A stretch of DNA of 64,000 nucleotides. It comes from Octopus vulgaris. Its lineage: Eukaryota. Location: positions 62,248,001 to 62,312,000 of the forward strand of contig OX597828.1 in the NCBI GenBank assembly GCA_951406725.2, written 5' to 3'. This document shows, one piece after another, positions 27,852 through 42,100 of this stretch (its first letter is position 1; every line of letters starts with the position of its first letter). Both the position numbers and the translations under genes were made by a program. A model generated the notes under the pieces. It saw nothing but the letters and a program-made list of their open reading frames with translations, did no database searches and had not been told where the DNA came from.

Positions 27852-27889
<38 letters not shown>

Positions 27890-27914
27890 CATTATTATTA
27901 TTATTATTATTATT

Positions 27915-28468
27915 GAGTGAGAGAGCAGTTCATGCCATCAAAGTGACACTGGGGTAAAATATACGAAGCCCAATATACCCATCATGACTACCCGTCTGAT
28001 AAGGGTACACCAGGCACATGCATCACAACCATATGTGCGCGACATGGTGATCTCATATCAAGATAAACAGCACATGACCTTGCAGGTGGGGCCCATTTAG
28101 AATTTTCTTCAGGTTGAGTAGCCCATCCCGCTCAAAAGGTCCCTGAATAAGGGTTGTTTAAGGATGTTGAAAGAACCACCCATGTTTCCAGAGGTGAATT
28201 ATTCAAACCCCAAAGAATCCCTTTCAACACATGGCTATGATGCTCCCCCACTACTTCTGCTCGTGATCAGAGATGCACATATCGTCAGCCACTAAGGGAC
28301 ATGCTCAACTGGTTAAAGTCAAACAACTGACAAACAAATCTGTGGTATTGAGTAGAATATTTGCTGTAGCCCATCTTTTATACCAAGACAAAACAATGTA
28401 CATGATAAAACTTCCAATCAGTTAAGATCGGAAGCCATGAGAGCCACTGCCTGGTACTGCATCAGGGC

Positions 28469-28470
<2 letters not shown>
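27915..28470. mobile_element. Unclassified ~555 bp insertion within (TTA)n
   Basis: Complex sequence with sharp boundaries against (TTA)n on both sides; no ORF recognised. Confidence 0.4.
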
Positions 28471-28561
<91 letters not shown>

Positions 28562-28578
28562 CATTATTATTATTATTA

Positions 28579-28671
<93 letters not shown>

Positions 28672-28712
28672 TCATTATTATTATTATTATACGAGAACAC
28701 AAATGGGGTTTT

Positions 28713-28800
28713 AAATTTACTACAGCTGTTTCAGTAGCAATTTATTGGTGCATTCATAGATGACGTCCTTGCATAAATCCATTATCATCAGGTAAAATTT
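28713..28800 (-). ncRNA. Minimal type I hammerhead ribozyme motif
   Basis: TTTAC-CTGATGA-...-GAAA-CAGCTG-TA-GTAAA; perfect 5 bp helix I, palindromic helix III, weak helix II. Confidence 0.55.
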
Positions 28801-29517
28801 TAGACACGTATAAACGGGGAAGGTGAAACCTTTAAGATGACCTTTTCAACAACTAAAATGATGAACAAGTGATTTTTATTTTTGAAAAAAAAGAACAATC
28901 GCATTTATGGAGAAATTTACAGTTGTAAACGAACATTGTAGGGGCAAAGCGGTGAAACCCATCCTATTTTTCAAGTTGTTATCTTAATTATTTTATAGCT
29001 GTGTCCCGCAGTGAAGAGCATGAATCAGGCAGATCAACCAAAACATTTCTAGGAAGGTCAGTGAGATAAAACATCAAACTTTGGGGTTGTAGAACGACAC
29101 GGCTCCTGACCAATTCTGACGTGGGTCCTACGTGATCATGCGCCTAGATTCTGATGAATCTTGTAACTGATATATATATATATATATATCAGTTACATAT
29201 ATATATATATACATATATGTACATATGTATGTATATATGTATGTATATATGTATACATATATATATATATATATGTATGTATGTATGTATGTATATGTAT
29301 ATGTGTGTGTGTATATATATATACATATATATATATATGATTGTGTTTGGTTGTGTTAATGTACACGCGTCATTATATATGTATGTGTAGGTATGTGCGT
29401 TTGTGGATGCTTCTGTATGGATGAGAGTGAATTTTGGTGTCATCTATACCTAATGTAAATACGTTTATATCTGTATGTGTGAATGTGTGTGTTAGATAAA
29501 TAAGGAGTCAGAAAGAG

Positions 29518-29550
<33 letters not shown>

Positions 29551-29901
29551 GACTTATTGCATATATTTGTGTGGATGTATATAGGAAAATTGACCGTGTA
29601 ATTTGCATATATATGTATTGAGTTTGTGTGGATGTATATGTGAATGTTCTCCTCTTCTTCAGTAACACTGCTTTAGCTTAATGTAACGGTAGAACGACGA
29701 CGACGACGACGACAGGGCAACGGTTGTAGATTTTTAAAAATGTATTGGTTTGAAATATCAATTGAATACGAAGCTCTAAAGATTTAGTCCTGCCTGGAAA
29801 TTTCGATACAGCAAGGTCATACTGTCTGCCTGTGTCCAGCTTATGATATATACGTGTGTACGCGTGTACGTGTATACATACACACATACATATATATGTA
29901 A

Positions 29902-29953
<52 letters not shown>

Positions 29954-31708
29954 ATATATATATGTATACACACACACATATATATATATATACATATATA
30001 TCGAATGAATAATAACATACGATGGATAATAGCTCGTTACAGCTGTTTCTTACGTAACTTTTTAATAGAAGAATGAATACATTTCGTTTTTGGATTTGGT
30101 TTGCAGGATTCTTTATATGAGTTCGTGTGTTGAAGTATATTCTGTTGTGTCTGGGGAGAGTCATTTTCTTTTTTTCTTTTTTTTTGCCTTATAATCTAAC
30201 ACACTCACCGGTAAAATTTCCACTTTTTTCTTATTTTTATTTTCCTAAAATTTTCGTTGCCTCTTGCAATCTTCTCAATACTTTTAATGACTCTCCCCAC
30301 ACACAACAGAATGAAGACATTACATTATCATAAAAGACCGTAATCATCATATGAGAAACAATTTTAGAAAACAAAAGAATATCCAAAGAATACAGTCAGG
30401 ATGTGGCTAGAGTCTATCGAGGCCAACTGACCTTTTGTTTTGTAAAATTACTTCTCGTCTGTAGTTTTGTTTCTCAACGCTGGCGCCCCTGAGCTGCCTC
30501 CACCAACACCACCACCACCACCACCAAGAAATATTTATGAAACTAATTGCACCTTTTTTTCTATATCAAAGGCGGGAGAAAATGGCTCAGGTTAAAAAGT
30601 TTAAAACCAACTTCAATTTCTTAAACGTAACCATTCATTTGCACCGCACCCGTCTCAAGCGATGGTCTAAATAATTCTAAATTTCTACACCAAACAATGC
30701 AAATTCCTGTTCATTCGCTAACTGATTCTTCCATCCCTGAATTAACAATAAGGTTACAGCTGTTTTGCTGATGAGGAGATGATAAGATCTAAATGCGTTC
30801 CGAGCTATCTCCCGTACATGTCGAATAAATGAAAATAACATATTAACCATGTTCTCCTTATTGTATTAAACAAACCAACGAAGCTGTCTCTACGTGGTGA
30901 CTCGATCTGAGAAAAATAGCGACTGAAATGCCCTGAAATCGTACCCAACTATTTTTTAAAGTCACATTGAATAACTCCCACTTATTCCTTAAACAGACGG
31001 GACGGTCACAGCTGGGACGCCTTTAATCAAAGGACTACCGGATCAAGGTTGAACTGGGGTTAAATAGCAACAGCTTACAGAGAAAATAAATAAATAAATA
31101 AATAAGTAAATAAAAATAATAAAAAGCAAGAGAACATGATCAAGCGGTAAAACGTCCCCTCCATCAAAACTGATATTGAGGCTGACTTAGGGCTCTCAAT
31201 CAAAGCCAAGGTGAACTGTTCAGTTGCCTTGTCACCGACGATGGAAATCGATAGGAAAGTCTTATCTCAGCCAACTCTCCCTCCCTCCCTCCCCCCCTCT
31301 CTCTCTCTTCCTCCCTCTCTCTCTCCCACACTCACACATCCAAGGAAGTCATACTGCTTCTAAATCTCACATTGTTCACCTTGAGGGTTTTTGTGTGTTT
31401 TCGTTTTTATTTTCCTTCTACTTTTGTAGTTTAAAATACATCAATGAGAAGAACCGCCTCCGACCACTACAGGACACCACCCGCCCCCATATAGATGCGT
31501 AGTGCAACAGTAATAATTGTCCAGCCATTCCACCCGACTTGTCAGTTACTTGCTTATCCTCATGACAGAGATAATCCTTAAATTGAACACTTGAACTATT
31601 TTCAAGTAACGAATTGGTCAAAATGACTGATTAGTCGAACGGTCACGTGGCATCCCATTTATCGATTAGTTGCGCCAGAATGAGGTGTTTTGCTTTATTA
31701 TTTAACAA

Positions 31709-31769
<61 letters not shown>

Positions 31770-32189
31770 TAACAACAACAACAACAACTTAAAGAAAAGT
31801 GGGTAGAACGTCAGTAAAAACGTTACTGCGTCTGGATTCGGTTTTATGTTTCAAAGCTTTTCATTTCCGGAATCCTTCATTTTGTATGTCTTGAGTTCAA
31901 GATACAGTAGGAGAAAATATATTTGTTTTTCCTCTCTGGGACGAAGTGAGTCAATAAAATATGTGTCAGTTACATACGGGTATCGAGTTGAAAGGGTATT
32001 AGTTGTGTACGGATAACGGGTGGATAATATAGAGGATAACCAAGCAAGGGGTTGTTTGTTTCGGCTCATAGATACTGCGGTTTGCCTGAGGCCAAGACAC
32101 AAAGCACTAAAATGGCTCAGTCCGTCTGGCTGAAAATAGGTACCACATAAGAGAAACAATTCCTTGCTCTAATGGCAGTGTTGTAAAAT

Positions 32190-33006
32190 TGGTTTCAAAT
32201 TTTGGCACAAAGCCAGTAATTAATTTCGTGGGTGGTGGTGGGGGTAAGTACCAGCTATGCACTGGGGTCATCGAACCTAGTGATCGGCTGGAACTTATTT
32301 TATCTACACTGAAAGGATAAAAGACGAAATCAACATCAATGGAATTTGAAATCAGAGCGTAAAGATGGACGGAATGCCACAAAGCATTGTTTCCGACGTT
32401 CTAACAATTCAGCCAACTCACCTCCTTACTATATTTAATAATATTGTGGACTTGTTTTGGGCCCTCAATTCCTTTGTGGAGTAGAGGGGCCCTGTTGCGA
32501 CATACGGCATATCTTAGACAGTCTTTCCGATGAGTTTAAGATCATTCGTTTTAGGTCTTACCATAGCCATTTTTTCCGAAAGAGAGACAAATAGGCAGAA
32601 AGAAAATATTAAAGAAAGTAGAATCGTCTCTAATACAGAACTTTATTTATCGACCCTAAAAGGAAGAAAGGCAAAGTTAATACAGGCAGCGTGATTTGAA
32701 CTCAGAACATAAAGAGTCCGAACGCTTACCACAAAACAATGTAACAGACCCTCTAACGACTCTATTGTGAACTCTCTCGACATTAATAATGGTTTCAAAT
32801 TTTGGCATAAGGCCAGGAATTTCAGAGGAGGGATTAATTCGATTACATCGACCCCAGTGCATATCTGGTACTTTTTTTTTTATTTTGTTGACTCCGATAA
32901 CGACGAAAGGCAAAGTCGATCTCGGCGGAATTTTAATTCAGAACGTAAAGGCGGACGAAATGTCGATAAGTCCGGCGTGCTAACGATTCTGCCAGCTCAC
33001 CGCCTT
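32190..33006 (-). mobile_element. Cluster of three degraded Nin-domain SINEs
   Basis: Repeated GAAAGGCAAAGTC...GGAATTTGAACTCAGAACGTAAAG-like blocks at about 32.3, 32.65 and 32.9 kb. Confidence 0.7.
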
Positions 33007-34409
33007 ATCTTTCACCAATAATATTGATCTACTTTGAAGATAATCTGACTTTTTACTGAAGTATCCTCCACCGTTTGCTTGATTTCTTGAGGTCGACCAG
33101 AACGTTCGTTCATCCGTTGCTTTCTTCCGCCTTTAATTTCCCCCAAACCCAATATTTCACATTTTTTTAATGGAGGGGCATCGCCTATGAATGTTAGCTA
33201 ATACATGTAAAGATATCAGTTTAAAAAGAAGCAAACATTTATCTCTATAATATCATATACTATAAAAATAAATGGTGTCTGGATTTTATTTCAGAGTTAG
33301 TTCGAGTACTTACTGAACTTGACGCGAAGACAGTTTCATGTTGAAAATTATAAACAAAAAGAAATTAAGAAATAAATCATTTCTGTATACATTTTTAATG
33401 TCATGTGTCAGGTTATCAAGGAGAACTAAGTCTCAGAGCACGATATTCAACCAGTGACCAAGGAAGAGAGGACTAAGACACAGAGAGAGAGAGAGGGAGA
33501 GAGAGAGAGAGAGTGTGTGTGTTAAGGAGAGAGAGAGAAAGAGAAAGGAGGGGAGCGATCTCCATGTTAAGAATTTACGTAAAATGAAACCGATCCCAGG
33601 GAAATTTATGAAAGAAGCTAATGATGTTAAAATGCTGGTTAAATAAAAGGTAGGATTGCTATAAATCAGACCGGACGCAACAAAAATTTGAACAGGAATC
33701 ATCGTTAGAAGAATCGGCTGCTAAACAGATGGAAAATGGCGTCGTAAATTAGACCGGAAGTCCTCGAGGTTCAAGATCTGATAGTGTTATTATAGGGAAT
33801 GAAGAATGAAAAGGGATTTCGTTAACCAAGACCGGAAGTTGTGGGGAATTAAATCACCCTGAGTTGTCAAATAGATGTTAAGTAGATGGAAAAGTTGTAA
33901 CGAATGATTAAGAATTAATTTTTAGACGTAACGAAAGGAATCGACATGATTGTGGAAGAGAGAATAGGAGAGACGAAATACAGTAAATTTATGTTGTTAC
34001 ATGGTGGGGCTTGTGGCGGCGGTGGTGGTGGTGGTGGTGGTGGTGGTGGACTGGAGTGACGACTTGTATGGATATGAACTTATGATGTGTGGTGGAATAG
34101 TGCAGCAGGAGTGACGAAATGCTGTGTGACACTGCAGTGAATCATGGGTGATGATGATGATGTAGTGATGGATGTCATAGTGTGGCTGTTTTGTGATGGC
34201 CCGGTTCGATTATGTTGGATAATGATTTCGTGTGGAAGTGGAGGCATGTCTGTGGAAATGACATAAGCTGGTAGCGGCGTGGTATTGTTGTTGTTGTTAT
34301 TGTGGGTGGGGTAATAGAATATATCGTGAAAATACTTGTTGTTGCTACTCATGTTAAAATTGTTGATGTACCAGTATTTAATGCTGAGTATTTACTGTTC
34401 TTGCTGGTG

Positions 34410-34443
<34 letters not shown>

Positions 34444-34512
34444 CTTCTTCTTCTTCTTCTTCTTCTTCTTCTTCTTCTTCTTCTTCTTCTTCTTTTCCTT
34501 CTTCTTCTTCTT

Positions 34513-34543
<31 letters not shown>

Positions 34544-34845
34544 AGACTTCCTCCAAACTTTAAACTACAATTCTTTTGATCTATTGTGCTCCACAGGAAC
34601 CTGGTCGTCAGCCTATGTAATGTACGTGTGTGTGTGTGTGTATGTGTGTATGTGTGTGTGTTTGAAAGTTGATAGGTGGCTATTGTATGACTAGCACACC
34701 CTCGGCCACTCATACATACATACAATAGGCATACACACAAACACATACGCACACACATATGTATGAATACATACACGCACGCACACACTGTCACTGAGGT
34801 GCATATGTGTATGCGAGGAGGGGGGGTAGATAGGGAGATCTTTCT

Positions 34846-34893
<48 letters not shown>

Positions 34894-35085
34894 GTGTGGA
34901 GGATAGCTACATAGATCTTTCTAAGTCTGTTTTAGCAATACGATATTCCTACAGCAGAATGTTGAATATTCAGCAAATGTATCGGCCTTGTGTGAATGCG
35001 CATGCGCGTTTATGTATGCCCTCTTTCTCAATCTCCCTTTCTCTCTTTTTCACAAACTCACTTGCAAATACATGTCCGCTTATGA

Positions 35086-35125
<40 letters not shown>

Positions 35126-35301
35126 AAGAGAAAGAGAGAGAAGGGAGAGTGGGAAGGTTAACCTTTAGAATTAAAAGTACAGCCAATAGGAAAGGCTTCC
35201 AGGCAGTTTCCGTCCACCCACTTTTACAATGTGCTATTTTCTCGGTTAGAACTAACTAACTAATCAGTGACAGCCTTCAACAAAGCTATTCCGATTTCTT
35301 A

Positions 35302-35428
35302 GAGGTTCGACAAAAGACACCGATAGAATAAGCAACAGGCTTTAAGAAATATGTACCGGAAGCAATTTATTCGACTAAAAATTCCTGAAAGCGGTGCCCC
35401 ATCATGGCCGCAGTCTACTGACTGAAGC
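35302..35428 (+). mobile_element. SINE family A 3' fragment
   Basis: GCGGTGCCCCATCATGGCCGCAGTC tail. Confidence 0.7.
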
Positions 35429-35472
35429 CCATCATCGTATGTGTGTGTGTGAGCATGTGTATATATATATGT

Positions 35473-35909
<437 letters not shown>

Positions 35910-35910
35910 A

Positions 35911-35941
<31 letters not shown>

Positions 35942-35955
35942 TGTATGTATGTATG

Positions 35956-37349
35956 TATATTTTGCGATGGTTTTCTGTATTGCATTCAGAAACTGCAGAT
36001 ACGGTGTTTACATCCATTATCGAACCTCTGGCAGCATATTTAATATCAGGCGCTTTGCTGCAAAAACAAAGGTATTTACCTCTATCATGAGAGACCTTTT
36101 GTATGCAGATGATTGTGAGCTAGTAGCACACACAGAGATTGATATACAACACATTTTGAATGCATTCTCTGATGCTTGCACTGCCTTAGGATTGACAGTC
36201 AATCTCAAGAAAACTGTTGTCATGTACCAACCTGCCCCTGGTAAGCAGTATAGTGTACCAAATATCTATGTGAATGGTAAACGACTTGATGTAGTTGATC
36301 AGTTTGTCAACCTGTGGAGCACTATTAATAGATATAGCAATTTGGATGATGAAATTCCATATAGAATTAGGAAAGCAAGTGATGCTTTCGGAAGGCTAAA
36401 AGGCGCCTCTGGAGTCGGCGAGACATATGCAGAAAGACAAAGATAAAGGTGTACAAGGCATGTGTGCTCCCTTCTCTTCTCTATGCCTACGAGACGTGGG
36501 TCACATATCGATACCACCTTAAACAACTGGAACGTTTCCATCAGATGTATCTCAGACGGATCTACGGCATTAAGTGGGAGGACCGCATCAGTGATCTTGA
36601 AATATTGGAAGGCTCTCGGTGTGAAAGTATAGAAGCTCTTGTGTTAAAGCAAAGGCTCAGATGGAGTGGTCATCTGGTCAGGATGAAGGATTCAAGGATG
36701 CCAAAACAACTATTTTATGGAGAGTTAGCTAAAGGAGAACGACCTCCACATAAACCAAAAAAGAGGTATAAGGACTTGCTGAAGGCTTCCTTAAGAGATG
36801 CTTGCATCTCTCCTGACACATGGGAAGACATAGCTATTGATCGTAGCAGGTGGAGAAGGATTGTGCACGAGGGGACAGCTACTTTTGAGAAATCTCGAGT
36901 TGCACATGAGAAAGTAAGGAGGGATGTCAGGAAGGGCATCGCTGTTACACTTCCAGATGGGAAGGGTCTTCCTATGATTCTGACATGCAGTGTCTGTGCA
37001 AGACCCTGCCTCAGTAAAGCTTGACTCAAGAGTCATCTTCGTAGTCATAAAGCGAGACAGATGAGTGACAACCTGGCCACTGGTGGTGGTGTAACACACC
37101 ATACTAATCATATCTGTCAGGCATGTGGAAGAGAGTGTAATTCGGCAGGAGGACTTAAACGACATGCAAAGGTACATGAAGCCCAGTTACAACTACAGCC
37201 GGCTATTACCAGTAAAGGTTTTAGCTGCCAATTCTGTACAAGACATTGTAGATCTTTAGCTGGGCTAAAAAGTCACATTCAATCACAGCACCAGTAACAG
37301 TTAAGCTTCGTGCAATGACCATACTTGATAACGAGGGGGCAGCCATCAT

Positions 37350-37351
<2 letters not shown>
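35956..37351 (+). mobile_element. RTE-clade (BovB-like) LINE, 5'-truncated, with three C-terminal C2H2 zinc fingers
   Basis: YRTSGSIFNIRRFAAKTKV...LLYADD...GLTVNLKKT; YKACVLPSLLYAYETW; LRWSGHLVRM...PKQLFYGEL; frameshift near 36400, stop at 37022. Confidence 0.9.
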
Positions 37352-37391
<40 letters not shown>

Positions 37392-37521
37392 ATGATGGCT
37401 GCCCCTCGTTATCGAGTATACACATACACACACACACACATATATATATGTGTGTGTGTGTATGTGTGTGTGTATACATATACATGTATATATGTATATA
37501 TATATACATATACACACATAC

Positions 37522-37571
<50 letters not shown>

Positions 37572-37578
37572 GTATGTG

Positions 37579-37623
<45 letters not shown>

Positions 37624-37644
37624 TTATGCATATATGTATATATG

Positions 37645-37705
<61 letters not shown>

Positions 37706-37706
<1 letters not shown>

Positions 37707-37975
37707 TACTTGGAGAAGAACTTCGAAACACGCATTGAGTCGAAACAGGGGCAGCTGATGAAGGAGAATATTCCTTGTATTGTTTGTCTTGTACTTTGTT
37801 TTTTCGTTGTTAAAAGGCCGTTTCCTTGTTTAATTTTATGTTTTCGTTTCTCGTTGTGTTCTACGCTTATTTCTGGTGTCCTGTACTCATATATGCATGT
37901 ATATATACATATAGATGTAGGTATGTACATATATGTATGTATGCATATGTTTTATTTATTAATTGTTATATATAT
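37706..37975 (+). mobile_element. Dispersed non-coding repeat (related copies on minus at about 5270-5480, 12070-12250, 26990-27135, 38300-38570 and 47760-47985)
   Basis: Shared ATTCCTTGTRTTG...GTTTTCGTTTCTC...GTCCTRTACYCATATATGCATG blocks, usually next to (TA)n. Confidence 0.7.
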
Positions 37976-37978
37976 TGT

Positions 37979-38195
37979 GGAGGCGCAATGGCCCAGTGGT
38001 TAGGGCAGCGGACTTGCGGTCGGAGGATCGCGGTTTCGATTCCCAGACCGGGCGTTGTGTGTGTTTATTGAGCGAAAACACCTAAAAGCTCCACGAGGCT
38101 CCGGCAGGGGATGGTGGTGATCCCTGCTGTACTCTTTCACCACTCTAAAGGCGGTGCTCCAGCATGGCCGCAGTCAAATGACTGAAACAAGTACA
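37979..38195 (+). mobile_element. tRNA-derived SINE family B joined to a family A tail
   Basis: A box TGGCCCAGTGG, B box GGTTTCGATTCC; matches 56203-56487 up to about 38143, then continues with the family A tail. Confidence 0.8.
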
Positions 38196-38197
38196 AA

Positions 38198-38245
<48 letters not shown>

Positions 38246-38644
38246 GTTTCTGTTGTGTCTGGGGAGAGTCATTCTCTTTTATATATATATATATACATAC
38301 ATATATATTAACAAAATGATAAATAAAACATGCATATATGCATACATATATGTACATACCTACATATATTTGTATATACACATGCATATGTGGGTACAGG
38401 ACACCAAAAAAACGTCGAACACAATGAGAAACGAAAACATAAAAACAAAAACATGGAAACGGACTTTTTTCAAACAACGAAAAAACAGAGTACAAGACAT
38501 ACAACACAAGGAATATTCCCCTTCTCCAGCTGCCCCTGCTTCGTCTACTCCGTGTTTCGTAGGTAAGGGCAAGACATATACACATATATATGTGTGTGCG
38601 TATGTATCTATATATATATATGTCTTTATGTATATATATCTGTT

Positions 38645-39065
38645 ATCTTTTACTGGTTTTAGTCATTGAACTGCGGCCATGCTGGGGCACCGCCTTGAAG
38701 AGTTTTTAGTAGAATGAATCAACTCCAGTACTCATTTCTTGAAGTTTGTCGAACTGTTTAGTTATGGAGGCGTAAACACACCAACACCGGTTGGCAAGTG
38801 GTGCAGGAGATGACAAACACACTGACACGAACGAAGAACCCTCGCACGCGCGCACACACACACAAACACATGCATATATATATATATACACACACATACA
38901 CACACACACACGACACGCTTTTTTTCAGTTTTCGCCTATGATATCCACCCGCAAGGCTTTGATCGGCGCGAGGATAAAGAAGAAGGTACTTGCCCAAGAT
39001 TCAAGGCAGCGGGAGTGAACCTGGAACCATGTGGTTGAAAAGTAAGCTTCTTACCACACTGCCAC

Positions 39066-39066
<1 letters not shown>
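38645..39066 (-). mobile_element. SINE family A
   Basis: Head TGTGGCAGTGTGGTAAGAAG and tail GGCGGTGCCCCAGCATGGCCGCAG on minus. Confidence 0.8.
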
Positions 39067-39154
<88 letters not shown>

Positions 39155-39155
<1 letters not shown>

Positions 39156-42100
39156 CTTTCTTTTATTAGCCACACAGGGCTGAATACAGAGGGGACAAAT
39201 ACAAATGTAGAGCTTTTCTTTTCGAGGGTGGAAAAAAAGAAAATAAATGTAAGATTGCGATCAAAAGGGATCGAGAGGAAGAAAAAAAGAAAAGAAATCG
39301 TGTATCACAGAAACAATGATAAAAACATTGATAAAACAAGATTGGGTTCATCCGTGGGAAGAAAAGCCTACAGAAAAGACCACGGGAACCTCAGTCAGGA
39401 GGAAATAACCACATGAGAGCAAAATGCTCTCTCTCTTTCATTTTTACGATCTACAGGATCATGCTCAAAAAGGTTTCGTCACTCGCACGCACCATCTTTG
39501 CAACATTCACTCATCTTTTTTTGAATCTTTCGCGAGACAAAACTTCCCTCTCCATTCTCACCAAAGTTGATGAGCGATTGGCCAGAGAGGTAAGTGTTTG
39601 TCTCTAATCCTTTCGCTCGGGTCCACCACACACATTCTTTCACCATGGCCACCAGCACGATGAAAACTGCCTTGCCTTCCCGGTTGAGGGAAGGGGGCGG
39701 AGCAATTCTCACGATAGACACGGCCGATAGGCGGATTCGTCCCACACGTGACAGCAGCCGTTCGGCATAAGCCCACAGGTCTGAAATGGTTGGACATTGC
39801 ACGAGTGCGTGCAGAACGGTTTCGTCGCTCTGACCGCATCTCGGGCAAGTCGGTCCAGTGTGTCTGGAACCGTGTCTGTAGAGCTTATCCTGAACAGGTA
39901 ATGCTTCTCGATTGCACTGCCAGGCCAGGAATCTTTGGTGATTGTTCATAGGTCCCGGCCCGAATGTTGTCCTGTACAGGCGGGTCAGGTGTTCCTCGTC
40001 GACGCCCAGACTCTGCCCGAGTTCGTCGTCGCACCTCCCCTCCACTAATCCTCTATAGAATGCCTTTGTTGTGATGGAGTCGCACAAGTTCGATCCCGGA
40101 CGGCAGAGTTGCTTGAGAGCAACGCGACACTCGCGGTGCCATTCGCCTAGCCTCGGTCTCTGCTTGATCCATGACTGTAGTTCGTCCAAGGAGACGAGCT
40201 GCGGGAAAGCGCGCCGCACAAAAGGCGACCACACCTGTTCACCGTTGTCTATGAAGCGCCGGAGATGTCGCAGTCTCAGCGCATGTCTGCGCATCATCAA
40301 CCACGGCATGCCCAGCCCTCCATTTAGCGGGTGTTGACAGCAAATGGATCGCCTAACCATCGGAACGTTTCCCTTCCACAAGAAGCGGAAGAGTATACGT
40401 TCCAGTTTGGTGATGGTAGGGTCGGGACAAGGCACGACGGTCAGACGATACTCGATGACGGATGCGATGTACGCGTTCGCCACCTCCGCCCGACCTTTTA
40501 GGGATAGCTTTCTCTCAGCCCATTTCTGGGTGAGAGTAGCCACCCTAGTCGTTATCTCGCCCCAGTTCTTCTCCATTTGGAGGTCCGGACCGAACCAGAC
40601 CCCGAGCAATTTAACCAGTCCGTCCGTCCAGCGTCCCACGATGGAGACGCTGTTGGACGGCATGGGCCTGCTTCTCCAGGTGCCGAGCCGCAAGCCCACA
40701 GACTTTTCCCGGTTAATTTTTGCTCCCGTTACCGCTTCGTATTCTTTTAGTGTCTCGCCGACCAGCTCGTTGTGCTGGTAGCTCGACACTATGACGGTGA
40801 CGTCATCCGCGTATGCAGACACGCTCCTCCCGCATCCCAGCTCTCGTGGGATGCCCCTCAGCGTCGCCAGTTTCCGCAGTAGTGGCTCAAGAGTCAATAC
40901 ATACAGCAGCGATGAGAGGGGGCATCCCTGACGAACCGAACGCATGATGTTAAAAGGTCTGGATAGATGACCATTTACGCGAACTACTGAGCGGATGCCA
41001 CTGTATAAGGCAGCGATCCAACCGCGGAAAACTGGACCGAAACCAGCCGCTTTAAGGACAGCTTCCAAGTAGTGATGGTCTACCCTATCGAAAGCTTTTG
41101 ATTGATCTAAATTGATCAGCGCCCCACCCATGCCAGGATTATTAACTACCCTGTCTATGATGTAGCGCATCAGATGGAGGTTGTCATGAATACTTCTACC
41201 CGGCACGGCGCATGTTTGCGCCTTGTCGATTAGTTTCTTGATGACAAGCGCCAACCTCTCGGCTAACACCTTGGCCAAAATTTTCAAATCTGCGTTGAGC
41301 AGAGTGATGGGCCTGAAATTATCTATGACGTCCCCCTTGTTTGGGTCTTTCTTAATCAGTGCCACTGCTCCTCGCTTTACAAAAGCAGGAATACTCCCGT
41401 TTTGCTGCCAGTTGCAGTAGACAGCTGCCAAGACGCCTCCAAACAAGTCTGGCATATGACAATAAAGTTCGTAGGGCAGACCATCCAAGCCTGGTGACTT
41501 GTCTCTCGCGCAGCCCCCCATCGCATCCTGTACGTCCGCAGCTGTGATAGGCCTTTCACAAGACTCCACCTCTCTTGCTGAGAGTCGTGGCAAGGCATGC
41601 AGGTAGGCACTAAAGTCCACTCTGCGTTCTGACCCACCACTTGTCCCAAACAGTTGGGTGAAGTATTGTTGAAAAGCCCCACACATCCTTTTAGGCTCGA
41701 GCAATTCGCGCCCCTGTTCATCTATAAGAGACTTGATGGTGGCTCTGTTGCCTCGTTGCGTCTCCACGACTCGGGCCTCTTGGGCGGCTCCAACTCCCTC
41801 GTTCCTCAGAGCACGCATCCTAGCTCTGACAACGCATCCCTCGTGTTTGGCGTTGAGGTGTTGGTCGAGGGCCAATCTCGCCGCCAGCACGTTGGACGTG
41901 ATGCCAGTTCTAAGTGCCTCTTCTAAAACCTTAACTAATTCTCCCTCTATTCTATTTCGGTCTAATGCTAGGGCTTTACTGTATCTGACTGATTCTGCTT
42001 TAATTGCTTTTTTTAGGGCATACCACCATCTGTTGTTGATGATGGTACCCGTCAAAGCTCTCTTAACTAATGTGCTGATCCGGTCCCTGTAAACCTGTCG

